Assembly: GCA_024626585.2 (NCBI GenBank)
Contig: JANKJI020000004.1
Span: forward strand, 142,905,795 to 142,927,115
Length of the DNA stretch: 21,321 nt
Direction of reading: 5' to 3'
Source of the DNA: Ginkgo biloba
Taxonomy: Eukaryota > Plantae > Ginkgophyta
The translations under genes were made by a program, and so were the position numbers. Of this stretch, positions 10,085 through 21,321 are shown one piece after another. How positions within the stretch are numbered: the stretch's first letter is position 1; every line of letters begins with the position of its first letter. Under the pieces are notes generated by a model. It was not told where the DNA came from and searched no databases. It worked only from the letters and a program-made list of their open reading frames with translations.

Positions 10085-11291
10085 TTACATGGTAGAAAGT
10101 ATAATGTCTAGACCAGATAGGGCTATATCATAGAGGATTGGCTCTAATTAGTGGAAGACTTAGATTACACCCTGGCTAAAGTTCCCCCTACTTAGACTGC
10201 TCCCTAGTCTGTTTTAATCTCACATTGTCCAATAGAGCTAAGGTTGCTTCTTGCTTTTGCTTTCATACCTTATATCTCCAGGATGAGGACTTCTTGAGAA
10301 CCTTTCATATCTAGTGGTTGCAAGCAAAGAAAATTGCATACTCCTTCCACTATTCATTGCAAAGATGGACCAAAATGATTGGGATAATTATGCATGAGAC
10401 CAAACAATGGAACTCCAATTGTGCAAAATTGAAGTCAACTATGAAGATCAAAATAATAGAGGAGATGGATAATATCAAAGCTCATCAAGCCTAATTTGGA
10501 ATTGCTCTAAAGGGATCGAAACAACCCTATTGAATGCCTTCAATCACATTTAGGAACAAGAAAATAGAGCAATTCAATTAAAAGCTTGATGTCAATGGCA
10601 GAAGGAGTGGGATTCAAACACCAAATTTTTCCATGCCCAATTGAAAGCAAATAGGAGTAGGAACATCTTCATCATTTGGTCAATTCGAAAGGTCCAATCA
10701 TAGAAGAGTAGTCTTAAATTAAACAAGAGACTTGGAATTTCTTTCGATCTCTGTGTTTGGTCACTTTTTAGGGAGGACATTGGTGGAAGCCTTTCAGGTC
10801 TTCAAGATAAAAATGAGCCTCAATGGTCTTCATGGGCCATAGACTAAGAATTGGCCAATATCATCACCGCTAAAATATGGAAAGAACCCATGGTCAGATG
10901 GCCTCCCAACTAAATTGTATAAGTAGTTGTAACCATTGTTGAGGTTTAAATAGTTAGAGACAGTGAATGAGAAAGAGGCTTTATTCACCCATCAATCAAT
11001 GCAACTTTCATTTATCTGCTCCTAAAGAAAAATAAACCCTTGTCCCTGAACGACTAGAGACCAATCTCACTATGCAATACATCCTATAGGATAATGGCCA
11101 AGGTTATTACCTCGAGGATTTAGTCAACTTTGCTAAAAATATATTTTGAAAAAACTAAATGCTTTTGTAAAGGTAGGAATATTTTGGATAGCATAACAAT
11201 GGTGCAAGAAGGAATTTATTAGGTGGAGAAAGCAAAAGAAGGGATGGTAACCTTTAAATTAGGCTTGGATAAGGCCTATGAGAGGCGAAGT
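10085..11291 (+). mobile_element. Degenerate LINE (L1) ORF2, endonuclease end to RT N-terminal half
   Basis: IMSRPDRAIS (SRLDR-like), WQKEWDSNTKFFHA (~10596-10637), GKNPWSDG (K.PGPDG-like), NATFIYLLLKK, RPISLCNTSYRIMAK (~11057), FKLGLDKAYER just before the gap. Confidence 0.9.
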
Positions 11292-11639
11292 NNNNNNNNN
11301 NNNNNNNNNNNNNNNNNNNNNNNNNNNNNNNNNNNNNNNNNNNNNNNNNNNNNNNNNNNNNNNNNNNNNNNNNNNNNNNNNNNNNNNNNNNTATCTCCTC
11401 TTAAGACAATAATGAAAATGTATCGTATAATATTCAAATCTCCTTCAATATCTCCATGTAATGTGAATATAATAACAATACTGGTTGTATTTATTTACAC
11501 AACTTTCTAATGAACTCTATAGAAAATAAACTTTCTCAATATAAACCTCACGAGGACATCACTTTTCTCTAGAAATTTCATAATTATATTCGAACTGTCT
11601 CTTGCTAAGTAAATCCATTGCATTTATATCAACTTCTAC

Positions 11640-13480
11640 CAAAGGGGGTCAGATTTCTAGAGAAATTAATCAAATGGATTAGTGGAGTGCTAGAGTGAGT
11701 TAGAAGTGCAATATTAATCAATGGAGAATTGACAGAATGTTTTCAAAATGGAAGAGGTCCCGAGCGAGGATGTCCCTAATCCCCCTCCCTCTTTATCTTG
11801 GTAATGGAAGGGCTTTCCAACCTACTTTCAATATATCAATTAGCCAACCGATTAAGTGGCATTTAAATCATTAGTAACATTCCTCCAATAATTGATGAAC
11901 TCTTTGTTGACCATACCATTATGTTAAACAAACCTTACTTGGAGGAACTTAGGACCATTTGAGATAGTCTATCAACCTTCTTTGATGCATCAAGTCTCTT
12001 GATAAGTCTACTAAAGTCTAAACTCAACTTCTTTGGTGAAGTCCTAGATAAAGGACGCATCTTAGATCTTGTCAATTAACACGAAGGCAAAATAGATAGA
12101 TTCCAATATTTGGGCCTCCTAATAGGTGCAAGGAAGCTCAAAGTGGACCATTGGACTCTACTATTAGAAAAGTTTAAGAGGAAATTAGACCAATACATGG
12201 CTTTCTAAATGGGAAAGGTAAAAGTTATTCTGCCAACATATAAATACTTACTCTTTATGGCACCTAAGCTAATTTTCAACAAGATAGAAGGTATGATCAA
12301 AAGGTTTCACTGGAAGTAATCGTAGAGTGTAACCAGGAAATTTCATCTAGTGAGATGGTCAAAAGTCTGCCCTTTAGACTCAGGGGGCCTTGGATTGACA
12401 AGTCTAACATCTAGAATAAAATGATGGGTATAAAAAGGGTTTGGAACTTGGTAGCAAAACTAGATCTCCTTTGGAAGAAGATTATCTAAGGCAAATATTT
12501 TGATAACTTAAGATAGAAGGAGTTGATAACAATAGGAGAGATTCGTAAGGACCTTAGATCTTATATATGGAAGCTAATAACACAAAATGAAGATTCAACG
12601 CTCATAAGAACCTTATGGAGTCTCAATTGCAAAGGCTCAAATATTGCTCTTTGGGAATATAATTGGATCTCCCCCAAAGTTCCCTCCCTTTGTAAGCTCA
12701 CCACCCTCTATGAATTAATGCTTTTGCTAAACGCTTGAGGGTTTAGAAAGGTTAATCATATCTTATATCAAGGAAGAGAATTTGGGTGGCTAACAACAAA
12801 TGAAATCGACCAACTAGATCAACGAAAAGAGAGATCATGCACTTATTACAAAGAGTAGAAACACGCTGATGTCTTNNNNNNNNNNNNNNNNNNNNNNNNN
12901 NNNNNNNNNNNNNNNNNNNNNNNNNNNNNNNNNNNNNNNNNNNNNNNNNNNNNNNNNNNNNNNNNNNNNNNNNNNNNNNNNNNNNNNNNNNNNNNNNNNN
13001 NNNNNNNNNNNNNNNNNNNNNNNNNNNNNNNNNNNNNNNNNNNNNNNNNNNNNNNNNNNNNNNNNNNNNNNNNNNNNNNNNNNNNNNNNNNNNNNNNNNN
13101 NNNNNNNNNNNNNNNNNNNNNNNNNNNNNNNNNNNNNNNNNNNNNNNNATCTACAATAGTGTTTTAACAAGAATAAACAAGAGGAAGAGGGGATCCAAGG
13201 GGTCTAGTCCGTGTGTGAAGAAATAAGAGACCATCCCTTCTATGGTTATTCATGAGCAAATCCTCACTTTATTTGGTACTTTAACTATTAAAATATGAGA
13301 CTCCTTTCAAGGTTCCACACGGTTGTGCATTTGGCATTTGGCATTTGACCCATTGGAGTAGATGTGGGACAAAATAACATTGTTAAAGCCTCAATCCTCC
13401 ATTGTGCATAGGATCTCATTTGGGTTGAACTACCATGGAGAATATGGAAAGCCAAACATCACTGTAATTTGAAACTAGCT
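11640..13480 (+). mobile_element. Degenerate LINE (L1) ORF2, RT C-terminal half to zf-RVT region
   Basis: KLIKWI...SAILING...GRGPERGCP*SPSLFILVMEGL (RGLRQGCPLSP-like), LFVDHT (FADD-like), FQYLGL, VRWSKVC...GGLG. After the 273-N gap come LTRINKRKRGI (zf-RVT-like) and WRIWK (~13435). Confidence 0.88.
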
Positions 13481-16447
13481 CAGAATATCTATAAGCTAAC
13501 ATTCCAAAAATATTAGGAAGTGGAAGGCTTCGTACTATTAAAACAATTTCTTTGTAGCCATTTATGAGTTTTAGATTCCATATTATTTCAAATAATCTTC
13601 TTTTATGAGTTCCAAATGCTAGCCAGGATGGATGGGGAAAGGAGATCTTTAAAGAAACTGTTGAACATGTGCTAAAATATGTTCAAGAGGAGATGCAAGT
13701 GATACATGAAGAAGAAGAAGCAAGGAATAACATTCTTCGCCCAAGACCATAGAATCCAATGCTCCAGTGATAGCGGAAAACACGACTACCTTCGTAGTCA
13801 GAGGATGGGAGGGCAAGTCCAACAAATTTATTTCAAGCGTGGTCTTAGGCCAAGTGCAAACTATGGTAGAGCAACTATAAAAAAGAAATGATCATTAAGC
13901 GGCTAAACACAATTCATTTTGTTAGTCAGTGCATATATTTTTGTTTTATGTTTTTAAGCATAGCAAGTGTGTTCTATTTAAAATGATCTCAATATGTAAT
14001 TATCTCTATCACTTAAATAACAGACATGAGTCACTGATTTGGTCATTGATAAGCCCCTACAAGTCATTAGTGTAAGGTTCGGATTCAAATGTTTATATCT
14101 TTGATTATAGTTGTACATATGCATTTTTGTTGATAACATAATACAAAAGAAGTTCTCAACATTAAAAAAGAATATTCAAAACAAAAATATGATAGGTTGA
14201 TTTGAACTGCCAACATCGATAACTTGTATCTAAAAAAAATTGGGCTCGCATGTACAATTACTCAATCATCCCTTCTTTCCATCCTTAAGAACTTCTTATT
14301 AGAGCATAACACATACATATGTTATGACACTTCTTTTAATAATCATAACAAATGTTGTGGCTTTTTTGAGCTATAATATTTGTTATAACTCTGAGAAGAT
14401 TACATTAACATCGAGTACCTTAAAGATTTAATAGTCGCACTTTGTTAATATAGATGATATAAATTTTGGGCATAAATATAACATCATTCATCTAAACTAT
14501 AGAGGAGACANNNNNNNNNNNNNNNNNNNNNNNNNNNNNNNNNNNNNNNNNNNNNNNNNNNNNNNNNNNNNNNNNNNNNNNNNNNNNNNNNNNNNNNNNN
14601 NNNNNNNNNNTCCTCAAGAGATACACTTTAAACTCTTAATGAATGTAGTAATGAAGTTTTAAAGAACATCTATACATCATGTAGGGTGAATGGCATGTTT
14701 CCTCCCTAGACATGAGGTGTAAGTACTATCACTCAGATTCATGGAAGGTGGAAGGATCATCATATTAAATTCTTGTACATGTGCACACAACTGGATTTTG
14801 ATGTTTGGGCGTCACCACCAACAAGGTCCAAATATGGGGACTTTACTTAATTTGGGTTTACTTCTTCATTTGAGTCTGTCGAGATGCAAGCAAATGACTT
14901 GTTACTCATACTTTCAAAGACTCAAACTCCTAAAACTTTATTAACTATAATTAATTAGAGCTTGGGTCTACGATACCCTAAGGATCACTAGTGAAATAAA
15001 TTTATGAAGGTTGTGAACCCTGACTCCCAAAACCTAAAGTTTTTATTAACCATACTTTATTTACTTTTGGGTCTATGACACTTTAAGATTTTTTAAGAGA
15101 GAGTCATGTACAAAACCCAAAGCTTCTAAAACCCCAAAACTTGGAACTCAAGCTTTATTTCTCATTAGATGACTTGGGGACTACTTTAGTATGTAAAAAA
15201 GGGCTCCAATAGCATGTCCTTGGCTCTTCAAAGACCCATCTTCTATCACTTCCCCATCATAAGGAACGACCCAACTACTACAACATCCCTCATGTTTATA
15301 ACTTTGGATTCTAAAATCTCTACACGTGGCTCAATTGTCCCAACCTTTAGCATTCTGAATTTATTCCATTAACCTATATTGATTCCCCCACACAATAAGC
15401 CTTAATAAAAATAACACCTTTTGGGGAAGAAATTCAAAACAAAGTAAAAAAAGAAAGGGACCCAGAATGGGATCCACAAAACTTAATCTATATGGCCAAG
15501 AATTGGTGAACATTGTGAACCATGAAAGAGCTATTGAGGAACTTAGAAATATGTATCTTCTCCTTAATGATGAGGAGAAAGTTTAATTATGATCATGTAG
15601 GCTATGGAGGGCCTACAAAACTATCCAACTACACTATGACATGGCATAGGTCATGGAATTGGTTCATTATTAAAACATTGAGCTATGGTTATTTATACTC
15701 CCTACATTTGGTGAGATATGAATCATGAGATATGATATATATCACATCATGGTTATGACTCATAAAGGGATAAGAGTAGTTACTACTAGGTAATTCAATG
15801 TAGCTAAGGCATGTATCTATTTTATTGGTCATTATGATGCTATACTAATTTCTCACCATGGTATTGTAACCTTCGTACTTAGAGAGGATTGATCCCCACG
15901 CCTAAGGTGGATAATTTCCTTATCCATTATTTATAGAATCTCTCACAACCAAAATTTTGGTGGTATTATTTTCTTATGGGTTTTTGTTATACGTAGTTGC
16001 AAGNNNNNNNNNNNNNNNNNNNNNNNNNNNNNNNNNNNNNNNNNNNNNNNNNNNNNNNNNNNNNNNNNNNNNNNNNNNNNNNNNNNNNNNNNNNNNNNNN
16101 NNNGTGATAACCGTTTCCAATGAGAACTCCCAAAGGCATAGGGAGAAATAATAATCAAAATAAAAGATAAACTTATCTTCTCCAAACTTCAATTATTTTA
16201 TTTTTTGTGAAAAAAGAAATAACATCTACCAGCTAGGAAAGAAAGCAAAATAGTTAAGACCAAAGTCTTAACTATAATTCTCTTCAAAAAACACAAGAGA
16301 ATGAAAAATCCTTAGAATGAAATTCTACTAAAAATTTGGCAGAGTTTCCCCTTAGTAATCAAATTTTAGAATTAATGAAAGCTAATTATGACAATCTGAC
16401 AAGAAAGAGAGGTTAAGATAACCCCTCTTTTGATAAAATTTATAAAA

Positions 16448-16467
16448 GAAAGAAAGAAAGAAAGAAA
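16448..16467 (+). repeat. (GAAA)5 microsatellite
   Basis: Directly visible. Confidence 0.9.
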
Positions 16468-17724
16468 ACAAGCAAGTAAGCATTATATGAATTTAAAATA
16501 AAATGCCTTCTCTTTGAATTTCAAATATACATAATTTGTTGAAATAAAATGAGAAGAAAAAAATAAAGTAGATGCACTTGAATAAAAGAGTTTTTCCAAN
16601 NNNNNNNNNNNNNNNNNNNNNNNNNNNNNNNNNNNNNNNNNNNNNNNNNNNNNNNNNNNNNNNNNNNNNNNNNNNNNNNNTCATTCTAAAATCAAGATTA
16701 AAAAATGGGAAACTAATGGAATTATGGAAAATTATAGATGATATGGAATTATTAAAAGGTCCTAGAGCTTCTAGATGGTGGAATCAAAAGGATAATAATA
16801 TAGAATTTCTGTAATACAATGGATCCTCACTCCAAGAATACAAAGTTTCCAATAATGAGGAGAAATTTCTTAGGTTCTAGATTAAAATGCTACTATAGGA
16901 ATATGCATTCCTTAAGGATGATGATGAAACTCTAGTCAACCTATATAACATTATTGATCCCTTAGAGAAATTTTTGTTAGCTAAATCTTTCATGAATGGG
17001 GCTCTTATGCTAGACGACCTCATTTTTTTGGCCAATATGATAATGAGAAGTGTCCATCTGAGGGAATTCATGTCCATGTTATAAAATGAGAATTGGAGGG
17101 GAGAGTAGATGAAATAGTATCTAGCTTTTCTATAGGAGGCACCATATGAGATATAAAGGAATCTGGGGATGTAGGAGGAGACAACATGTGATTTATTTCA
17201 AGTATGTACGAACATTCATAATCATTATCTGAAGGAATTTGGGGGATCTCTAGCATATGTTGAGAAATTAAAGGCTTCACTGGTAGAGTGGCATTCTCAA
17301 AAGCAGTAGTTGTAGGATCAAGCTACTGACCCTATTTAGTGAAGAAATAATGAAGTTGGTAAGGATAGCTTTTTAGGTGCTAGATTACCCTAGAGACTCA
17401 AATTTTATATGAATGCCTAATACAGAGCATATACATTAGAAAATAAGATCAAGATGATCGGTTCTAATTGGATCAGAATATTGTATTTTTCTATTCCTAT
17501 TCTTCAACCATTCATCAAGGATATTTGGGAGCCCATCCTAGCCTATCAAGTTAGGATATGGTTGGTTGTTTCCCATAATAGTGAATCCACTCAAGGAGAT
17601 TTGTTTGTAGGGTATAATCTCTGAGAAGTTGTGTATCATGATTCAATAACTCGACTGGAATGACATAATATACCATCAACTAATCATAAGTGATTCATCT
17701 TATTAAGGAAAACATGATCCTAGT

Positions 17725-17928
17725 AGGGGGGAAATGATGAGCGAACATTTTCTCGTCATAATTTCTACTTTTGTCCAAAGGTAATTTTGTTAATGATTCA
17801 ATACATTTAGAACTAGATCATTCTGACAAAGGGGTATGTATTTAAAATTAGATCGGTGAAGAAATGGTTATGTTTTGTACTAATTCTTTTGAAATATCTT
17901 CTTGTATTCTCTTTTATGTCCAACGTAC
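17725..17928 (+). mobile_element. Putative PPT plus start of a 3' LTR of an unidentified LTR retrotransposon
   Basis: AGGGGGGAAA (17725-17734) is immediately followed by TGATGAGCG at 17735. The sequence is cut by a 100-N gap, and I recognised no pol motifs upstream. Confidence 0.4.
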
Positions 17929-18725
17929 NNNNNNNNNNNNNNNNNNNNNNNNNNNNNNNNNNNNNNNNNNNNNNNNNNNNNNNNNNNNNNNNNNNNNNNN
18001 NNNNNNNNNNNNNNNNNNNNNNNNNNNNACCAAAAAGAAGAAGAAAGACTTGCCACCATCAGGTGCATGTGCAAAGTCCACGTGGAAGGAATTGCTCAAA
18101 GGATACGTTGTTCTCAGATTCCTTTTCTTACTATAGAGGAGTTCAGATATATATGATTGCCACGGAAGTAAAATAGGTGCGGAGTGGACGGACAGTTCAA
18201 TAAATTGTCATTTAGACGATGCTCAACAGTAATTCTACCAGTGGCGATGGGAGCACTGCTTTACACAGGTAACCTTTCAACAAATTCTTTTTCACCTTGA
18301 CCAAGTTCCTTCTGTTTTGCCCTTCTAAACTTCTGCAGTGTACCTATACTTCTGTCTCATGTCATTCCAATTATGTAATTTTGTAAGCCTCCACCTGTTT
18401 TAGAGCATCAACATTTAACCCATCCTCTGCATTCTTCTAACCTTACAATGTCTGGTAATGGGTGTTTGCGGATTTATTTGGAAGAACCCATAATGGGCCT
18501 GTGATAACTGAACCTCTTTCGACCTAGATTTCTCTTTCACGGGATTGAATAGACTTATTGGTTCCCATTTGTGTGCGTTAGTGCTCCGGCAGGAAGGATT
18601 CATTAAAGTATATAAGCACATATGGCGCCAGACATATTCAGTGCTATTGTTTGTTGCATCAATCTCTGACTTGGTTGCCCCAAGAGTGGTCTACAATGTC
18701 ACATAAGTGTAAGAAATTTACATTG

Positions 18726-19016
18726 TCTAGAGTTTTATTCTCAGGTTTAACTTCCCAGTTCTTGATTGCACTGGAGTTGAACTAGTGATAACAATAAGGT
18801 GGAAACCTGCTCAGGCTGAATCAACAGGCCAACCCCAGTTTCTCAATTCTTTAGTTTTGTTAGTTGTGCATCTGGAGTTTTAATCTCAGGCTTAACTTAC
18901 CAGTTCCTGATTCCATTGGAGTTGAAGCTAGTGAGCACAATGAGGTGGAAACCGGCTGTGCTGAACCAATAGATCAATCGCTCCTTTGTTATTTCTTTAG
19001 ATTTATTACTAGTCCT
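18726..19016 (+). repeat. Diverged 145-bp tandem duplication (2 copies)
   Basis: 18726 tctagagttttattctcaggtttaacttcccagttcttgattgcactggagttga... aligns with 18871 tctggagttttaatctcaggcttaacttaccagttcctgattccattggagttga...; similarity continues to the unit ends. Confidence 0.9.
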
Positions 19017-19259
19017 TACTCGAGGCAAATAATTGCCACCAGAGAATTTCTATTGAGTCTTCAATGCATTTAATGTGGATATATATGGGCGGATCTAACC
19101 AAAGTCCCTTCGATATGTTATTGTGAGTTGTTAATCTATATGTCTGACCGCACCCATCCCCCCATTTCCCCAAAAAACAAAAAACAAAATAATTAAAATA
19201 CAGCTCATGAATATGCAAAGATAGGCGTTGCCTATTGAATTTATCTGACATGATAAATA

Positions 19260-19538
19260 AAATGTGAAATGAGATTACGCCACCCATAGAGTTTAATTAA
19301 CATGGGAAGTGAAATGTGAAATGAGATCACAGCACCTATAAAATTTAATTATTACAGTGAGCTTACGTGCGATTTGGAGCTCACCGTGAATGAAATGAGA
19401 TAGGTAGGCATTGCAGGGAAAACACATTTGTGATAGTGAGTGGATAGTATTTGGATTTTCAACCACGAATGAAATGTAACATGCAGGAATTGTAGGTAAA
19501 ATACATTTGTGATAGGGGTGGGTAGTATTTGGACTTTC
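19260..19538 (+). repeat. Compound tandem duplications (52-bp period pair, then 79-bp period pair) sharing a TGAAATG core
   Basis: aaatgtgaaatgagat...tttaatta at 19260 and 19312; gaatgaaatg...acatttgtgatag...tagtatttgga(t/c)tttc at 19388 and 19467. Confidence 0.85.
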
Positions 19539-19730
19539 TATTGGAAATACGAAGTGTTGGAGTTATGTAATGATCCACCTTATAATTAAGCAATTGGACC
19601 AATTGCTGTATACGTCGTTTGCCGAACTNNNNNNNNNNNNNNNNNNNNNNNNNNNNNNNNNNNNNNNNNNNNNNNNNNNNNNNNNNNNNNNNNNNNNNNN
19701 NNNNNNNNNNNNNNNNNNNNNNNNNNNNGA

Positions 19731-19937
19731 TTGGTGGAGGAAAAATTGAGAATCCTGGAAAGAGGACCCTGGTTCATGGGAGGTAGGGGTTTGATATTAT
19801 ACTTATGGTTTTTAGAATTTGATCCTCAAAGTGATATTCTGTTAAAAATTCTAGTTTGGATGAGATTGCCTTTCCTCCCACTCTACCTCTGGAATGATCA
19901 TACTTTTGAATTAATTGGAAATTGCATAGGGGAATGA
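19731..19937 (+). mobile_element. LINE (L1) ORF1 fragment, DUF4283 region
   Basis: ILERGPWFMGGRGLILYLW.LEFDP......VWMRLPFLPLYLWND.TFELIGNCIG is the typical plant L1 ORF1 signature (GPW...L..W...FDP; VWVRLP.LP..W....IG..IG). Confidence 0.9.
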
Positions 19938-20399
19938 CCATTGTTGGAGGGTCAAAAACAATTTCGAGAGGCACACATACGAAGAGTGGTTGATGATTGA
20001 GTAAAGGTGGATGCTGTAGTTTGGGTGGCTGAAGACAGGAAAACATCTACAAATGATTTTGCAAGGCAAGTCTTACCAATCAAAACTCTTGTTAAATTGG
20101 CAACTTTTGTTGCTTCCATATATTACTGAATTTGAGAAGAGAATATGACACTATTGCACTTCTCTTCTTTCAACAAATTAAATTATGTCTAAGTATTCTG
20201 CTCACAAGTTAAGCCCCCTTTTACTATCATTAGAACTAGAATCTTAAGGTCCCTTTCTTTTCTTTACAAATTAATTTTCCATATTAGAATTTCATTGAAG
20301 CCATTTCTTATAATTTTCAAGCCCTTAATAGAATCATCATAAGAATCTCTTTTTAGAATTCTAAGGGCTAGGAAATATATCAAAAGCCAACTATAGGCA

Positions 20400-21020
20400 A
20401 CTTTTGAATCCTTTGATTTTTTCCAAACTTATCCAAGCAATGGGAGCTCCGATTAGAATTTGATCTGTTTGTAATGACTTGGGTACTCCCAAATTTGATC
20501 CAATCTAGGTGATGTCAGATATGTTTATCCACAAATCTTCCTTGCTTGAACCAATGTTGCGAGATGTCAAAAATACGTGGGCTTCCACTAAGAAGGTCTG
20601 TCTGCAGCTACTAGCTAGATAGTTTGATGTTTAGGAAGCGTGGGAGGACACAAACCGGGGTTTTAGGGTCATGATCGCCTTGTCAAATAGGAAGAAAGCC
20701 TTATGCAATGGGTAAGCGCCAGATCAGCTGCTCAAGAACTTTGGGGTCATGTGTTCGAAACATGCCATGTTTATTGTCTTATGCTCATCATAAACAAGTT
20801 ATAGGAGATGAAATTAGTGAGGTCTTCGAGGCCCACCATCTTATTTTTGTTATAGAAATCCTTGCCCATGGCAATTAAGAAATTATAGTAGATGAAATCA
20901 GTGAGATCTTTGAGGGGGGTGGTTTTCGTAAACTGCTTTCAGCCTTCAGAATGTATTCAGCCTTGGAGTAGTTACGACACAACTGGATCATTCTGGTACT
21001 GTTCGATAAGGTTGGTAATT
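20400..21020 (-). pseudogene. Unidentified degenerate coding-like relic with an in-frame 84-bp internal repeat
   Basis: The minus frame reads ...TTPLKDLTDFIYYNFLIAMGKDFYNKNKMVGLEDLTNFISYNLFMMSIRQ*, with repeat copies at 20881-20915 and 20797-20831. No family recognised and boundaries are approximate. Confidence 0.3.
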
Positions 21021-21321
21021 CAACCTACCCTTTTAATCACTTCAAACTCACAACAAATTAGAAAACATTTGCAACTATAGCCATATCCAAATCCAAACGT
21101 GCATATACATCCAGGTCTACAATATATCATACTAAAATATAAGATATGGTTTAGGACTTTTTTCGACAAACGGTTCAGAACTTTTGCGGAAATCTTTTTC
21201 CTCCTTTCTTCCAATGAAGTCTTGATGTTTATAGAGTGCCATGGAGAGTTTTTATGCATATTTCTTTTGTAAGGTTCTCCTCCATATGTCACAGACCAGG
21301 AAAGAGGAGTCAAAAGAGACT

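Noticed and set aside
14611-16003. Short ORFs and LTR-like sequence
   Set aside because: Probably decayed repeat DNA, but I found no diagnostic termini, PBS/PPT or protein motifs.
18623-18633. TGGCGCC as a retrotransposon primer-binding site
   Set aside because: The match does not extend into any tRNA 3' complement I recognise, and there is no gag downstream.
19938-20150. VKVD...FAR text as a continuation of L1 ORF1
   Set aside because: Spacing from the preceding motif is off and stops intervene; it could be coincidence.
21020-21313. 97-aa Cys-rich minus-strand ORF
   Set aside because: Non-ATG start in the track, low-complexity TG-rich origin of the cysteines, and no known motif spacing.

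Overview
Land-plant nuclear DNA from a fragmented draft assembly; the transposon content suggests a large genome, possibly a gymnosperm (inference). About nine 1.4-4 kb pieces are joined by 100-N spacers, and there are three sized gaps of 787, 273 and 81 N. One host gene is recognisable: an SLT1/FYD-family HSP20-like (alpha-crystallin-domain) gene starting at 2304 (+), with its C-terminal part lost in the 3493-4279 gap and a probable 3'-UTR intron downstream. Most of the rest is decayed retrotransposon: an L1 endonuclease relic (-), a Ty3/gypsy gag relic (+), a chromovirus pol with chromodomain, PPT and 3' LTR (-), a long L1 ORF2 relic (+) apparently split by an insertion, a PPT/LTR start, and an L1 ORF1 DUF4283 fragment. 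Non-TE-like stretches hold several small structures: a CpG-rich motif array (600-1060), an ABRE-like repeat array, local tandem duplications, and an unidentified coding relic with an in-frame 28-codon repeat. I found no demonstrable novel multi-gene system. The findings are leads only, and adjacency across the 100-N joins is uncertain.
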